A stretch of DNA of 64,000 nucleotides from Defluviitaleaceae bacterium. Its GTDB lineage: Bacteria; Bacillota; Clostridia; Lachnospirales; WRAA01. Shown here in pieces: positions 28,801 through 38,675 of this stretch; positions within the stretch are counted from its first letter, which is position 1, and every line of letters begins with the position of its first letter. Location of the stretch: NCBI GenBank assembly GCA_009780015.1, contig WRAW01000001.1:14012-78011 (forward strand), given 5' to 3'. The notes under the pieces were generated by a model. It saw only the letters and a list, made by a program, of their open reading frames with translations, did not search any database and was not told the DNA's origin. Both the position numbers and the translations under genes were made by a program.

Positions 28801-30913
28801 CTGGGATAAAAGTCATCAAGCCATTGACTGCAATCAGACCGCTCTTGACTTTTACGGATATTCCAATAAAAAGGAATATATGGGGGATATAGTTAATATT
28901 TCCACCGAATTTCAACCTGACGGATCTCCTTCGGTAGAAAGCCAGAAAAACCACTTGGATACAATTTTTGAGACAGGCTCCGACAGCTTTGAATATACCG
29001 GAAGAAAATCAAACGGTGATGTTGTTTTCTTGCAAGTGGAAGGCATACGCATAAAATATGACGATGAGTTTGTTGCGATCACGTATTCCAAAGACATCAC
29101 TCAACTGAGAGAGCTGCAGAGGGAACAGCAGCGCATTGAAATAGCCGAGGAAAGCAACAGAGCAAAGAGCAGATTTCTGGCAAGAATGAGCCATGAAATA
29201 CGTACGCCGATTACGGCGGTTTTGGGCATTTCAGAAATACAATTGCGGAATACGGCTCTGTCTCCTATTATTGAGGAATCTTTTGCAAAAATTTATAATT
29301 CGGCTAACATACTTCTTGACATTGTAAATGATATTTTAGACCTCTCCAAGATAGAGGCCGGTAAAATGTCCTTGCTGTGCGAAGAATATGAAACCTCAAG
29401 TTTGATTGTCGATGCCGTGCAGTGTCATATCGTGAACCTTGGATACAAAAATTTAGAGTTTCATGTACATGTGGACGAGAATCTTCCAAAACTGCTTGCA
29501 GGTGATTCTCTTCGCATTAAACAGGTTATAAACAATATATTGTCAAATGCTTTCAAATATACAAAGTCAGGTTCGGTGGAGCTATCCATGCACTGCCAAG
29601 AATATGCTTCTGAAGAAAGTTACGTGACGCTTGTGATTTCTATCCGCGACACAGGTCTGGGCATGACCCCGGATCAGATTGACAGATTATACAGCGACTA
29701 CACACGTTTCCATGAACACGAGGTACGTTCCGCAATAGGCACAGGCTTGGGTATGCCCATTGTTTATAATTTGCTGAAATTGATGGATGCGGACATCGAT
29801 ATAGAAAGCGAAGTAGGCGTAGGTACAAACGTAATAGTCCGTATACCTCAAAAAATAGTCGGCTCCGAAGTCTTGGGAAGGAAGTTGGCTGACAGCCTGC
29901 AAAACTTTGAAGTGAGCGCACAATCTGTTGAGAAAAAGTTTAAATTTGTGCCGGAACCGATGCCTTATGGGCGGGTGCTTGTGGTAGACGACGTGAGCGC
30001 GAACTTGTATGTAGCCCATGGATTGCTCTCGTTTTATAGCCTAAACATCGAAACTTGCGATAACGGATATGACGCGATAGAAAAAATTAAACAAGGCAGG
30101 GTATATGATATTGTATTTATGGATCAGATGATGCCCGGTATAAACGGTACTGAAACAATGCGCCTCATGCGTGATATTGGCTATACCGAGCCTATAGTTG
30201 CGCTTACGGCCAATGCCCTGATAGGCCAGGCGGAGGAATTTATAAGAAACGGTTTTGACGGCTTTATTTCAAAGCCTATTCAAACAGTGCACTTGAACAC
30301 AATTTTAACCAAGCATATACGGGACAAACAGCCGCCCGAGGTGCTTGAAGCGGCTATAAGCGGCAGCTTAGAGCATTCCGAAGGCATTGACAATTATCAA
30401 AACAATGCTGATGTGGTGGAAAAATTACGGTCGGATTTTGCCGCCAATCAGAAAAACGCGTTCCTGGAAATAAGTCAGGCCATAACGTCGGGAGATATTA
30501 AAACCGCTCACCGCCTGGCTCATACACTTAAAGGTTTAGCCGGGCTAGTACATGAATCAGACTTGGCGCAAGCCGCCGCGCATGTGGAATATATTCTGGA
30601 AAGCGGCGAAATACCGTCAAATGATAAGCTGTTTGCTTTAAAAAATGAACTGGCGCGCGTGCTCAATAATATTGGCAAGCCGGAAGCTATGATACTTTCC
30701 GGTAAGCTGGTTTTAGATGTGGATAAGGCTATATCGCTGCTCGATAGGTTAAAGCCCTTACTGGAACACCGAAAAGCTGAGTGTCTGAACTTGCTTGAGG
30801 AGCTTCGCACAATACCGGAAACGGCCATATTAGTCAGACAAATTGAGAAATTTGACTTTGCGTCGGCTCTAAAAAGTATGAATACATTAAGGGCTATACT
30901 GGAAGAACAATAA
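25898..30913 (+). CDS. giant hybrid sensor histidine kinase with 8 tandem PAS-like modules, HisKA-HATPase-REC-Hpt
   Basis: There are eight about 140-aa repeats ending in ..DLRxIK. The H-box is FLARMSHEIRTPITAVLG. The HATPase region is IRDTGLGM..GTGLGMPIV. The REC is VLVVDD..IVFMDQMMP and the Hpt is HTLKGLAGL. The start is uncertain (25898 TTG or ATG at 25934). Confidence 0.9.
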   Translation: MELFLSIHINEVMKLDHDANQLPIENRLREAEARLREAEELNEIFLNSLPLIMNIWDENYKLISTSQQAVELFGLSNQELYIERFFELSPEYQPCGERSQEKALYYVKQAFREGRVKFEWMHQNLYGEELPAEIVLVRFARYGKYFVAAYIFDLRTIKKVIENEHEANEINRIFIDTSPFAMGMRDENYNPIYCNSQLLELFGLSSYDEYRKRFFELCPERQPCGTPSDQKALEHMKIAMEKGRHRFEFVHYTADGKLLPTDITLIRIKRQGKNMLAGYIIDLRPLRQAEEESRILFDSCPMFIEVWDDEFNLIGCSQKVVDFFGLANKEEYISRYGELSPKYQPCGTLSVEKAVILARKTFEEGYVRDEWVHIDQITGELFPVEITMVRIRRGGRDVAVGYNHDLRPIKDVLAKMREANSKAREAEELNKLILDASPMCIEMWDDRQNMIYCNNKALNAANVNSFEDYRDRFAELMIPCRTDGTPSENKLSDLLDEAAREGSAQFEWTHRDKDGAQVTYETHLARITRNGRNEIVGYSHDISEIKRAIAEIREADERTALMFDATPLSCIMAKRVTTENGSIRFAAVDCNQAAVDLFDFSGKEETIARFLDIFLKPSEDESILDMAFEDAAIAFDNGFHQFEFTHRNVHGEYIPCKITMVRVNYKGEPMLACYQHDLRQIKAAMSKERESFELTQIILDSAPFIINIWDDNYNIVSTNKRAFELYGFSEQDKYINDFFSFSPEYQPCGTYSREKGINYLKEAYQSGRAQFEWVHQSLDGKLFPTEITLVRSKHKDATILLEYTTDLRRVKAAEDLTRKLLDNAPMFMKFWDAKGNLLDCNKRFLDIFKIKNKAEFTKRFYEFSAAYQPCGTSPEEKNIALINYVIQQGSYSAEWTFVLPSGEELPVNATWVHIVHNGESMILVYSHDLRPIKAAIKRERELETKLREQEMNRRIELMFDAAPLIITYWDKSHQAIDCNQTALDFYGYSNKKEYMGDIVNISTEFQPDGSPSVESQKNHLDTIFETGSDSFEYTGRKSNGDVVFLQVEGIRIKYDDEFVAITYSKDITQLRELQREQQRIEIAEESNRAKSRFLARMSHEIRTPITAVLGISEIQLRNTALSPIIEESFAKIYNSANILLDIVNDILDLSKIEAGKMSLLCEEYETSSLIVDAVQCHIVNLGYKNLEFHVHVDENLPKLLAGDSLRIKQVINNILSNAFKYTKSGSVELSMHCQEYASEESYVTLVISIRDTGLGMTPDQIDRLYSDYTRFHEHEVRSAIGTGLGMPIVYNLLKLMDADIDIESEVGVGTNVIVRIPQKIVGSEVLGRKLADSLQNFEVSAQSVEKKFKFVPEPMPYGRVLVVDDVSANLYVAHGLLSFYSLNIETCDNGYDAIEKIKQGRVYDIVFMDQMMPGINGTETMRLMRDIGYTEPIVALTANALIGQAEEFIRNGFDGFISKPIQTVHLNTILTKHIRDKQPPEVLEAAISGSLEHSEGIDNYQNNADVVEKLRSDFAANQKNAFLEISQAITSGDIKTAHRLAHTLKGLAGLVHESDLAQAAAHVEYILESGEIPSNDKLFALKNELARVLNNIGKPEAMILSGKLVLDVDKAISLLDRLKPLLEHRKAECLNLLEELRTIPETAILVRQIEKFDFASALKSMNTLRAILEEQ

Positions 30914-31008
30914 TTAAGCTTAGAACCGGCGGTTCTTATTGTTCTCAAACAAGAAATGATATTTGTCCATTGATTTGAATCACATGTTATGTTAGAATTG
31001 CTTCAGTT

Positions 31009-31134
31009 ATAGTGAAACAACTTAATTCAGGCCAATATTATCTCGGCGCTAAAGCGCCTCCTTTGTGGAACGTCGGCGGCAGTAGGCCGACGCTTCCAGA
31101 AAATATTGGTTCGCTTATTAAGTTGTTTCACTAT
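31009..31134 (+). repeat. family-2 structured repeat, copy 1 (complete)
   Basis: The 18-bp outer arms are atagtgaaacaacttaat / attaagttgtttcactat. Inside are ccaatatt/aatattgg and the hairpins ggcgc-taaa-gcgcc and cgtcggc-ggcagtag-gccgacg. A second copy is at 63255..63368. Confidence 0.85.
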
Positions 31135-31159
31135 AAAAAGAAATGTACGGAGGTAGCTT

Positions 31160-31723
31160 ATGAACAGAGAAGAAGCCAAAGATTTACTGTTTAAATATGT
31201 TAAAGGTGAGCGTTACCGCACGCATTCCTTAATGGTTGAAGCGATTATGAGAAAGCTGGCAGAGAAGCTTGATCCCGATAATGTTGAATTATGGGGCATT
31301 GTGGGGATTTTGCATGACTTAGACGAAGAAAGCTGTGACTGGGTTAACAACCCTCCCGTACACGGCCCTACATCGGTAGAGATTCTGAAAAAAGAAGGCT
31401 TTGGAGACGAGGTATTATATAACGCTATACTTGCTCACAATCCTCTTAATGGTTATAAAGCCGGAACTAAGCTGGAGTACGCCTGCCTGGCGTCAGACCC
31501 CATGAGCGGCTTTATTGCGGCTGTCGCAAAGGTGTACCCCGATGGAAAAGTGGCGTCTGTTAAGGAAAAGTCTGTTCTAAAAAGATTTAAGGAAGAGAGA
31601 TTCGCTCAGGGAGCCAACAGGTCGTACATGCTCGCGATAGAAAGGACGGGTATAGAGCTGGAAGACTTCGTGCCTCTGGCGTTAGAAGCTTTGGTAGAGG
31701 CAGCGGACGAAGTCAGTCTTTAA
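31160..31723 (+). CDS. HD-domain phosphohydrolase
   Basis: 187 aa. YRTHSLMVEAIMRKLA and GIVGILHDLDEE contain the H...HD motif. Confidence 0.75.
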   Translation: MNREEAKDLLFKYVKGERYRTHSLMVEAIMRKLAEKLDPDNVELWGIVGILHDLDEESCDWVNNPPVHGPTSVEILKKEGFGDEVLYNAILAHNPLNGYKAGTKLEYACLASDPMSGFIAAVAKVYPDGKVASVKEKSVLKRFKEERFAQGANRSYMLAIERTGIELEDFVPLALEALVEAADEVSL

Positions 31724-31745
31724 CAGCCCATATGAATTTTATAGC

Positions 31746-31796
31746 CAATAGATATTCAACAGTCCAAGTAAATTTTGGACTGTTGAATATCTATTG
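31746..31796. terminator. bidirectional 22-bp perfect hairpin between convergent genes
   Basis: caatagatattcaacagtccaa-gtaaatt-ttggactgttgaatatctattg. Confidence 0.7.
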
Positions 31797-31806
31797 ACTA
31801 TGTCGC

Positions 31807-33210
31807 TTAACTTCTGTTTAGAATATCCCTTGCTATGAGCACCCCCGAAGCGCCGGCTTGCGCCAGGCCCCGCGTTATTCCCGCACCGTCGCCGCCGCAG
31901 TACAGGCTGTCAATCTTTGTCATTAAGCTGCCTGAGAGCTCCGGCCTGGATGAGTAGAACTTTGCCTCCACGCCATACAGCAGGGTGTGGTCGGATTCAA
32001 GGCCGGGTGTTACATTGTCCAGGGCCTGTATCATTTCGATAACGCTTTTCATTGTTGTATACGGCAACGCGAGCCCAAGGTCGCCGGGTTCGGCTTCAGT
32101 TTGTGTCGGCTTAATGAAGTTCTCGCCTATTCTCTTCTTTGTTGAACGTCGGCCGCGCTTTATGTCGCCATAGCGTTGCAAAATTACGCTTCCGTTTGAA
32201 AGCTCGTTCGCCCTCTTGCAGATTTCGCGTGCGTATTCGTTGGGCCTGTTGAATGGCTCCGTAAACTTGTGAGAAACCAGGATGGCGAAGTTTGTGTTTT
32301 CGGAGCCTTTTCCGGGGTCTTTGTAGGCATGGCCGTTTGCGCACACGATTCCCGAGTGATTCTCCACGACTACATGCCCTGACGGGTTTGAACAAAATGT
32401 GCGCGCAAGAGTCCCGACAGACGTGCTGTAGACCAGCTTGGCTTCATAGAGGTGCTTATTTATGTCGTGCATTATAACGTCGGACGTTTCAACGCGTACT
32501 CCTATATCAACTTGATTATTTACAAGGCTTAGCCCATGGCGATCCGCCAAGTCCGTAAACCAGGACGATCCGTCCCTTCCCGGGACAATTACGACGCTCT
32601 TCGCCCGCAGCTCTGAACCATCGCGCAAAACTACTCCGCAAACCTTGCCGTTTTCGACCAGAATATCTTCCGCTTCCGTACCGAAGCGCATTTCGATTCG
32701 CTCAGAGAGATGCCTGTTTATAGATTTTAGTATCTCAAGATTTGCCTCAGTACCCAGATGCCTTACTTGAGAACGCAAAAGCTTTAGACCTGCGCCGGAC
32801 GCGCGCTGTTCGATCTTACGGACTTCTTCGGTGATTGGGTCTGTTATTTCTTCCGTGGCGCCGTGTTTGAGGTTAATCGAGTCTACATAGCAGATAAGCT
32901 CTCGCAGATAATTGTCCGAAATATAGTCGCCAAGCCAGCCTCCAAAGAGGGTTGTTATGTTAAACTTACCGTCTGAATACGCTCCCGCCCCGCCGAACCC
33001 GTTCGTGATAGAGCACGCCGGCATACAGCTCTGCTTGCCTTCGTTAATTGGGCAGGCATGAATCTTACCCGCCATTATCGGGCATGTTCTTTTGTCTATA
33101 TCCAGACCCTTGTCAACAAGCAGTACGGACAGCCCGGGCGACTTGTCCATAAGTTCATAACAGGCAAATATACCTGCCGGCCCCGACCCAATTACTATCA
33201 CATCATACAT
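31807..33210 (-). CDS. FAD-dependent oxidoreductase (COG2509-like, uncharacterised)
   Basis: MYDVIVIGSGPAGIFACYEL is a dinucleotide-binding fold, and the C-terminus has GGDGAGITRGLAQA. 467 aa. Confidence 0.7.
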   Translation of the reverse strand: MYDVIVIGSGPAGIFACYELMDKSPGLSVLLVDKGLDIDKRTCPIMAGKIHACPINEGKQSCMPACSITNGFGGAGAYSDGKFNITTLFGGWLGDYISDNYLRELICYVDSINLKHGATEEITDPITEEVRKIEQRASGAGLKLLRSQVRHLGTEANLEILKSINRHLSERIEMRFGTEAEDILVENGKVCGVVLRDGSELRAKSVVIVPGRDGSSWFTDLADRHGLSLVNNQVDIGVRVETSDVIMHDINKHLYEAKLVYSTSVGTLARTFCSNPSGHVVVENHSGIVCANGHAYKDPGKGSENTNFAILVSHKFTEPFNRPNEYAREICKRANELSNGSVILQRYGDIKRGRRSTKKRIGENFIKPTQTEAEPGDLGLALPYTTMKSVIEMIQALDNVTPGLESDHTLLYGVEAKFYSSRPELSGSLMTKIDSLYCGGDGAGITRGLAQAGASGVLIARDILNRS

Positions 33211-33278
33211 AAGGCTTCATCCTAACTAGACAGGCTCTTAATTCTAACACGCTCCCAATTGTTTGTAAAGCTGCCGCG

Positions 33279-34778
<1,500 letters not shown>

Positions 34779-34793
34779 TTAGCCCATATCCTA

Positions 34794-36680
34794 TCAAGTC
34801 TTGTCGTACAGGACTCTTACGTTTTCCAATCTCTTGGTAATTTTTTTCTTGTCGAAGTCTTCCAAAATTATCATTGAGTATTTTCGGCTGGAGCCTGTAA
34901 TATCTCTGAATTCGGCCAAGGTGATTTCGTTGTTCTTTTCAATAAAGTCCGTAACTATGGCTATCGCTTGTTCGTAATACTTCGTGTGAATAACTGTCTG
35001 TTCGTCCAGCCTTGTGACGCTGCCGCCAATTAAGGACTCCAGAACTTCGGCGTACTCCTTGCTGCCCTTTGTAACCTCCGCAACTGTCGGCGGGACAAAC
35101 TTTCCGTCTAAAAGCGCTTTTTCAATCTCCGACTTTATTGCGGATTTCTTCTTGTCATAGGAAATTTCAAATCCTGCTATCGAAACGATGGAATTCGTAG
35201 TTCTGACTAATCCTTCATTTTCCATGATCTTGAGCAATGTCTCAAATTCCTTGTTCTTGAACGAAAGCTTGGCCTTGCTGCGAAGCTCTTCCTTGATTAT
35301 TCCCTGTTTCAAAGGGAACGAGCCGTGGTACTGATTAAGTATTTCCAATATGTCTTCCTTGAAAAGCTCTACTGTGCTGCAATGATAGTACGCCCGGCTC
35401 ATCTCGATTATCACGCCCTGTTCTTGCAGCTTGTCAAGCATCTCAGCCGCGGCGTCTTCACTGACCCCAATGTACGCGGATACATCTGTCAGCTTTGTCG
35501 GCTTGTCCTTGTTTCCGGCAATAAAATCGCCCACAACCTCGCCCGTGTCTCCCTTTTCCTTTACCTGCAGAGCTTGAAGTATCTTTTCATTGGCCGCGTG
35601 CCTCTTCGCGAAAGGATCTAAAATAATCCCGCCCCCTATTGTTTCCATGGGAGAATAGTAGCGGATTACGAAGCGGTCGTTCTTTTTCGCCGCGACGGGC
35701 TCCTCCAGCCGCAGCTGGCAGTAGGCGCTGTCGCCCGGGTTGATTGTCTGGCTGTCCAAAAGGACAAGGCGCGCGAGGACTTCCTTGCAGCCAAGGTAAA
35801 GCCGTATCCTTTCCCAGTACCTCACAGTTCTTTGCGAATGGGGCAGCAAGCTTATTTTTACGTCAAGGTATATCGTTTCTTCCAGAGACCCGGCCTTTGC
35901 CAGCACATCCCCCCGCCGAATCTGGCTGGGCTTTACATTGGAAATATTAACGGCGGTTCTTTGGCCCGCAAACGCCGTCTTGACACTTTCTTCGTGGACT
36001 TGCAGGCTGCGTATCTTGGTCTTGATGCCGTTGGGATAAATGGTCATTTCATCCTCCAGGCCAATCCTTCCTTCTATCAGGGTTCCGGTAATAATCGTAC
36101 CGAAGCCTTTCATCGAAAACACGCGGTCAATATTGAGCCGGGGAGACGCGCCTTCGTTGCGCGCCTGAGTTTCGTCGGACAACCGGTCGATAGTCGCTAC
36201 AAGCTTGTCCAGCCCCCTTTTACTGATAGAGTCAACAGGAATTATAGGGGCATTTTCCAAGAACGTGCCCTCTATTTTTTCCTTTATATCATCTATGACA
36301 AGTTCCGTCATAATATCGTCGGCCAGGTCGGCCTTTGTCAGGACGATTATCGCACTCTTGATATCAAGATAGCTGAGTATGTCGATATGTTCTATTGTTT
36401 GAGGCTTTACCCCCTCGTTCGCGGCAATGGTAAGCATAACAATATCGATTCCCGTGGCGCCCGCAAGCATGTTTTTAATGAATCTCTCGTGGCCGGGAAC
36501 ATCGACTATTCCAGCTCTCTTGCCGCTGGGCAGGTCGAAATAAGTAAAGCCCAGGTTTATGGATATTCCTCTCTTGATTTCCTCTTTCAGCGTGTCTGTT
36601 GAGCGATCCGTCAATGCCTTTATAAGTGTGGTTTTTCCATGGTCGATATGGCCGGCCGTGCCAATGATTACATTTTTCAT
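34794..36680 (-). CDS. selB: selenocysteine-specific translation elongation factor
   Basis: [13 protein letters not shown] and VDVPGHERF form the EF-Tu-like GTPase. A long C-terminal extension of winged-helix-like repeats follows. 628 aa. The start overlaps (ATGA) the stop of the upstream ProRS-like gene. Confidence 0.93.
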   Translation of the reverse strand: MKNVIIGTAGHIDHGKTTLIKALTDRSTDTLKEEIKRGISINLGFTYFDLPSGKRAGIVDVPGHERFIKNMLAGATGIDIVMLTIAANEGVKPQTIEHIDILSYLDIKSAIIVLTKADLADDIMTELVIDDIKEKIEGTFLENAPIIPVDSISKRGLDKLVATIDRLSDETQARNEGASPRLNIDRVFSMKGFGTIITGTLIEGRIGLEDEMTIYPNGIKTKIRSLQVHEESVKTAFAGQRTAVNISNVKPSQIRRGDVLAKAGSLEETIYLDVKISLLPHSQRTVRYWERIRLYLGCKEVLARLVLLDSQTINPGDSAYCQLRLEEPVAAKKNDRFVIRYYSPMETIGGGIILDPFAKRHAANEKILQALQVKEKGDTGEVVGDFIAGNKDKPTKLTDVSAYIGVSEDAAAEMLDKLQEQGVIIEMSRAYYHCSTVELFKEDILEILNQYHGSFPLKQGIIKEELRSKAKLSFKNKEFETLLKIMENEGLVRTTNSIVSIAGFEISYDKKKSAIKSEIEKALLDGKFVPPTVAEVTKGSKEYAEVLESLIGGSVTRLDEQTVIHTKYYEQAIAIVTDFIEKNNEITLAEFRDITGSSRKYSMIILEDFDKKKITKRLENVRVLYDKT

Positions 36681-38398
36681 AAGGACCCCTCATTCACAAT
36701 CGACATACGTTTAATCAAGCTCTGGATGTACTCGGCCGCGTCCTGAGTCGGAACAGTTTCGGAAAAGGATTTATCTCTTGCCTTGATTTCCACAACTCCG
36801 TTTCCGACAGTCTTGGGGCCGACGATAACGCGGACAGGAATTCCAAGGAGATCGGCGTCTGCAAACATCACTCCGGCCGACTCAATCCGGTCGTCAAATA
36901 TTACTTCGACCCCTGCCGCCGATAAATCATTATAAAGAGCCATTGAAACCGCCGCGACATCCTGGTTGCCAAATCTCAGCGCACAAATATGCACCTGCCA
37001 GGGGGCTATAGACATCGGCCAAACCGGGCCGTATTCATCATAACGCGCCTCGCACACGGAAACCGCAAGCCGGCTGATATTGATACCATACCGCCCCATT
37101 GCCGGAAAGCGTTCGTTGCCCTCCTGGTCGGTATATCGTACTTTCATTGCTTCCGAATACTTAGTGCCCTGCTTGATAATACTGCCGACTTCAAATCCGT
37201 TTGAGAATAATATTGACTTTTTACCACATTTAGGACATATGCCGCCTTCTAATATCTTTGAAAAGTCGTGATATTTGGCATTCGGCACATCTCGCCGCAT
37301 ATCAACCCCGGTATAATGATATTCCTCTTGGTTTGCGCCGCAGGCAAGGTTATTGCCTTCCTTAATCGAATTGTCAAACAGTACGGTAATATCTTCGCTC
37401 AAGTTCTGAGGCCCAATATAGCCCGCGCATATTCCTGATTCCAGAGTAATCAAGGCTGGGTAGATATCACAGCCTATGTACTTTCTGAGCTTTGCTTCAT
37501 TTATGTCAAGGTCGCCGCGCAAAAATACAATTATGTAGGAATCATCGGTACCCCTCTGGTATACGACGGCCTTGGAACACTTCTCTTTTGGGATATTCAA
37601 AAATTCGCTCAGCGAGTCGATTGTTTTCATTTCGGGCGTCAGAACCAGTGTCATTTCATCGGAAACATCGTCTCGAACAACCTTAAGAATGTTTTCCGCG
37701 ACCTCTAAATTGGAACGGTAATCGCAGTTACTGCAGGCTGCTATTGACTTTTCCCCTGCCGGATGCCGAAGCAAGAATTGGTGCGACAGGCTGCATCCGG
37801 CAGCGTCATAATCAGAAACAGCCGGAACTACTCCGGTCAACCCAACACGGGTAAAAATTCTTTCGTATGCTCTAAAGCACCTGTCATAATATCTGTCTAG
37901 GTCTTCTTGCGATATATGAAACGAAAAAGCGTCTTTCGCAATAAATTCACGAAGCTTAACAAGCCCGGTCATTTCATCGCGAAATTTGGCTTGGAACTGA
38001 TATAGCGTAAAAGGATACTTTGCGTAGCTTTGTCCGTACTCTCTTACAAATTGAAGCGCCACTTCCTCATATGCCGCACCAAGAACATAGGGCGTCTTAC
38101 TTTGGTCGTTAAAGCCGACAAAATCATCCTTGGCCTTGTCGTATCTGCCTGATTCCTGCGGCAATGACGCTGGAAGCGCCATCGGAAACAACACCTCTTG
38201 GGCGTCTATCGCGCCCATCTCCTCACGGACGATTTGCTCTATCTTTCTCATAATTCTGCGAAGGGGCAGCGCCAACGCATATATACCGTTGGCGACATTT
38301 TTCATATAGCCGCCTCGAATCATAAGAGCGTGGCTGTCAAAAGTGCAATTTGCCGGGCGCTCCTTAAACCGTTCGCCTACGAGCTTGTCAAGCTTCAT
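36677..38398 (-). CDS. bacterial-type prolyl-tRNA synthetase paralogue with INS-like insertion and degenerate catalytic motifs
   Basis: 573 aa and colinear with bacterial ProRS: FRDE...REF..KDAFSFH, an insertion domain of about 180 aa, GTKYSEAMK, and the C-terminal MFADADLLGIPVRVIVGPK anticodon-binding domain. PTHEE is replaced by AAYEE, the motif-2 loop is shortened, and GCYGIGVTR is replaced by GRYGINISR. Confidence 0.8.
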   Translation of the reverse strand: MKLDKLVGERFKERPANCTFDSHALMIRGGYMKNVANGIYALALPLRRIMRKIEQIVREEMGAIDAQEVLFPMALPASLPQESGRYDKAKDDFVGFNDQSKTPYVLGAAYEEVALQFVREYGQSYAKYPFTLYQFQAKFRDEMTGLVKLREFIAKDAFSFHISQEDLDRYYDRCFRAYERIFTRVGLTGVVPAVSDYDAAGCSLSHQFLLRHPAGEKSIAACSNCDYRSNLEVAENILKVVRDDVSDEMTLVLTPEMKTIDSLSEFLNIPKEKCSKAVVYQRGTDDSYIIVFLRGDLDINEAKLRKYIGCDIYPALITLESGICAGYIGPQNLSEDITVLFDNSIKEGNNLACGANQEEYHYTGVDMRRDVPNAKYHDFSKILEGGICPKCGKKSILFSNGFEVGSIIKQGTKYSEAMKVRYTDQEGNERFPAMGRYGINISRLAVSVCEARYDEYGPVWPMSIAPWQVHICALRFGNQDVAAVSMALYNDLSAAGVEVIFDDRIESAGVMFADADLLGIPVRVIVGPKTVGNGVVEIKARDKSFSETVPTQDAAEYIQSLIKRMSIVNEGSL

Positions 38399-38415
38399 TT
38401 GCGATTCCTCCTATA

Positions 38416-38512
38416 GCAATTCCGGTTCAAATTAAGCCCAAATTTTTCGGAACCTCGGTGGCTTCAGGCCGGGGCTTCCGAAAAATTCGGGTTCCTTCTT
38501 AATCGGAATTGC
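38416..38512 (-). other. 97-nt imperfect long hairpin immediately upstream of the ProRS-like RBS
   Basis: gcaattccggttcaaattaagcccaaatttttcggaacc... pairs with ...ggcttccgaaaaattcgggttccttcttaatcggaattgc. On the mRNA strand the 3' arm ends 3 nt before AGGAGG. Confidence 0.6.
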
Positions 38513-38533
38513 TGTATGCTTCACATGCAGAAA

Positions 38534-38576
38534 CAAAAAACCAATGGTTCGCAAGCTGCGGCTCGCAAATCCATTG
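38534..38576 (-). terminator. intrinsic terminator after the TauE/SafE gene
   Basis: The minus strand reads ccaauggauuugcgagc-cgca-gcuugcgaaccauugg followed by UUUUUUG. It is preceded by a second perfect 12-bp hairpin at 38589..38626. Confidence 0.8.
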
Positions 38577-38675
38577 AATATAATTGTTGCTTACTCTCCC
38601 AACGGCAATGCGCCGGGAGAGTAAGCTATATAGCCAGACTACAGTAATTTGGGGTTGCTGTCAACTACTTCGTTA

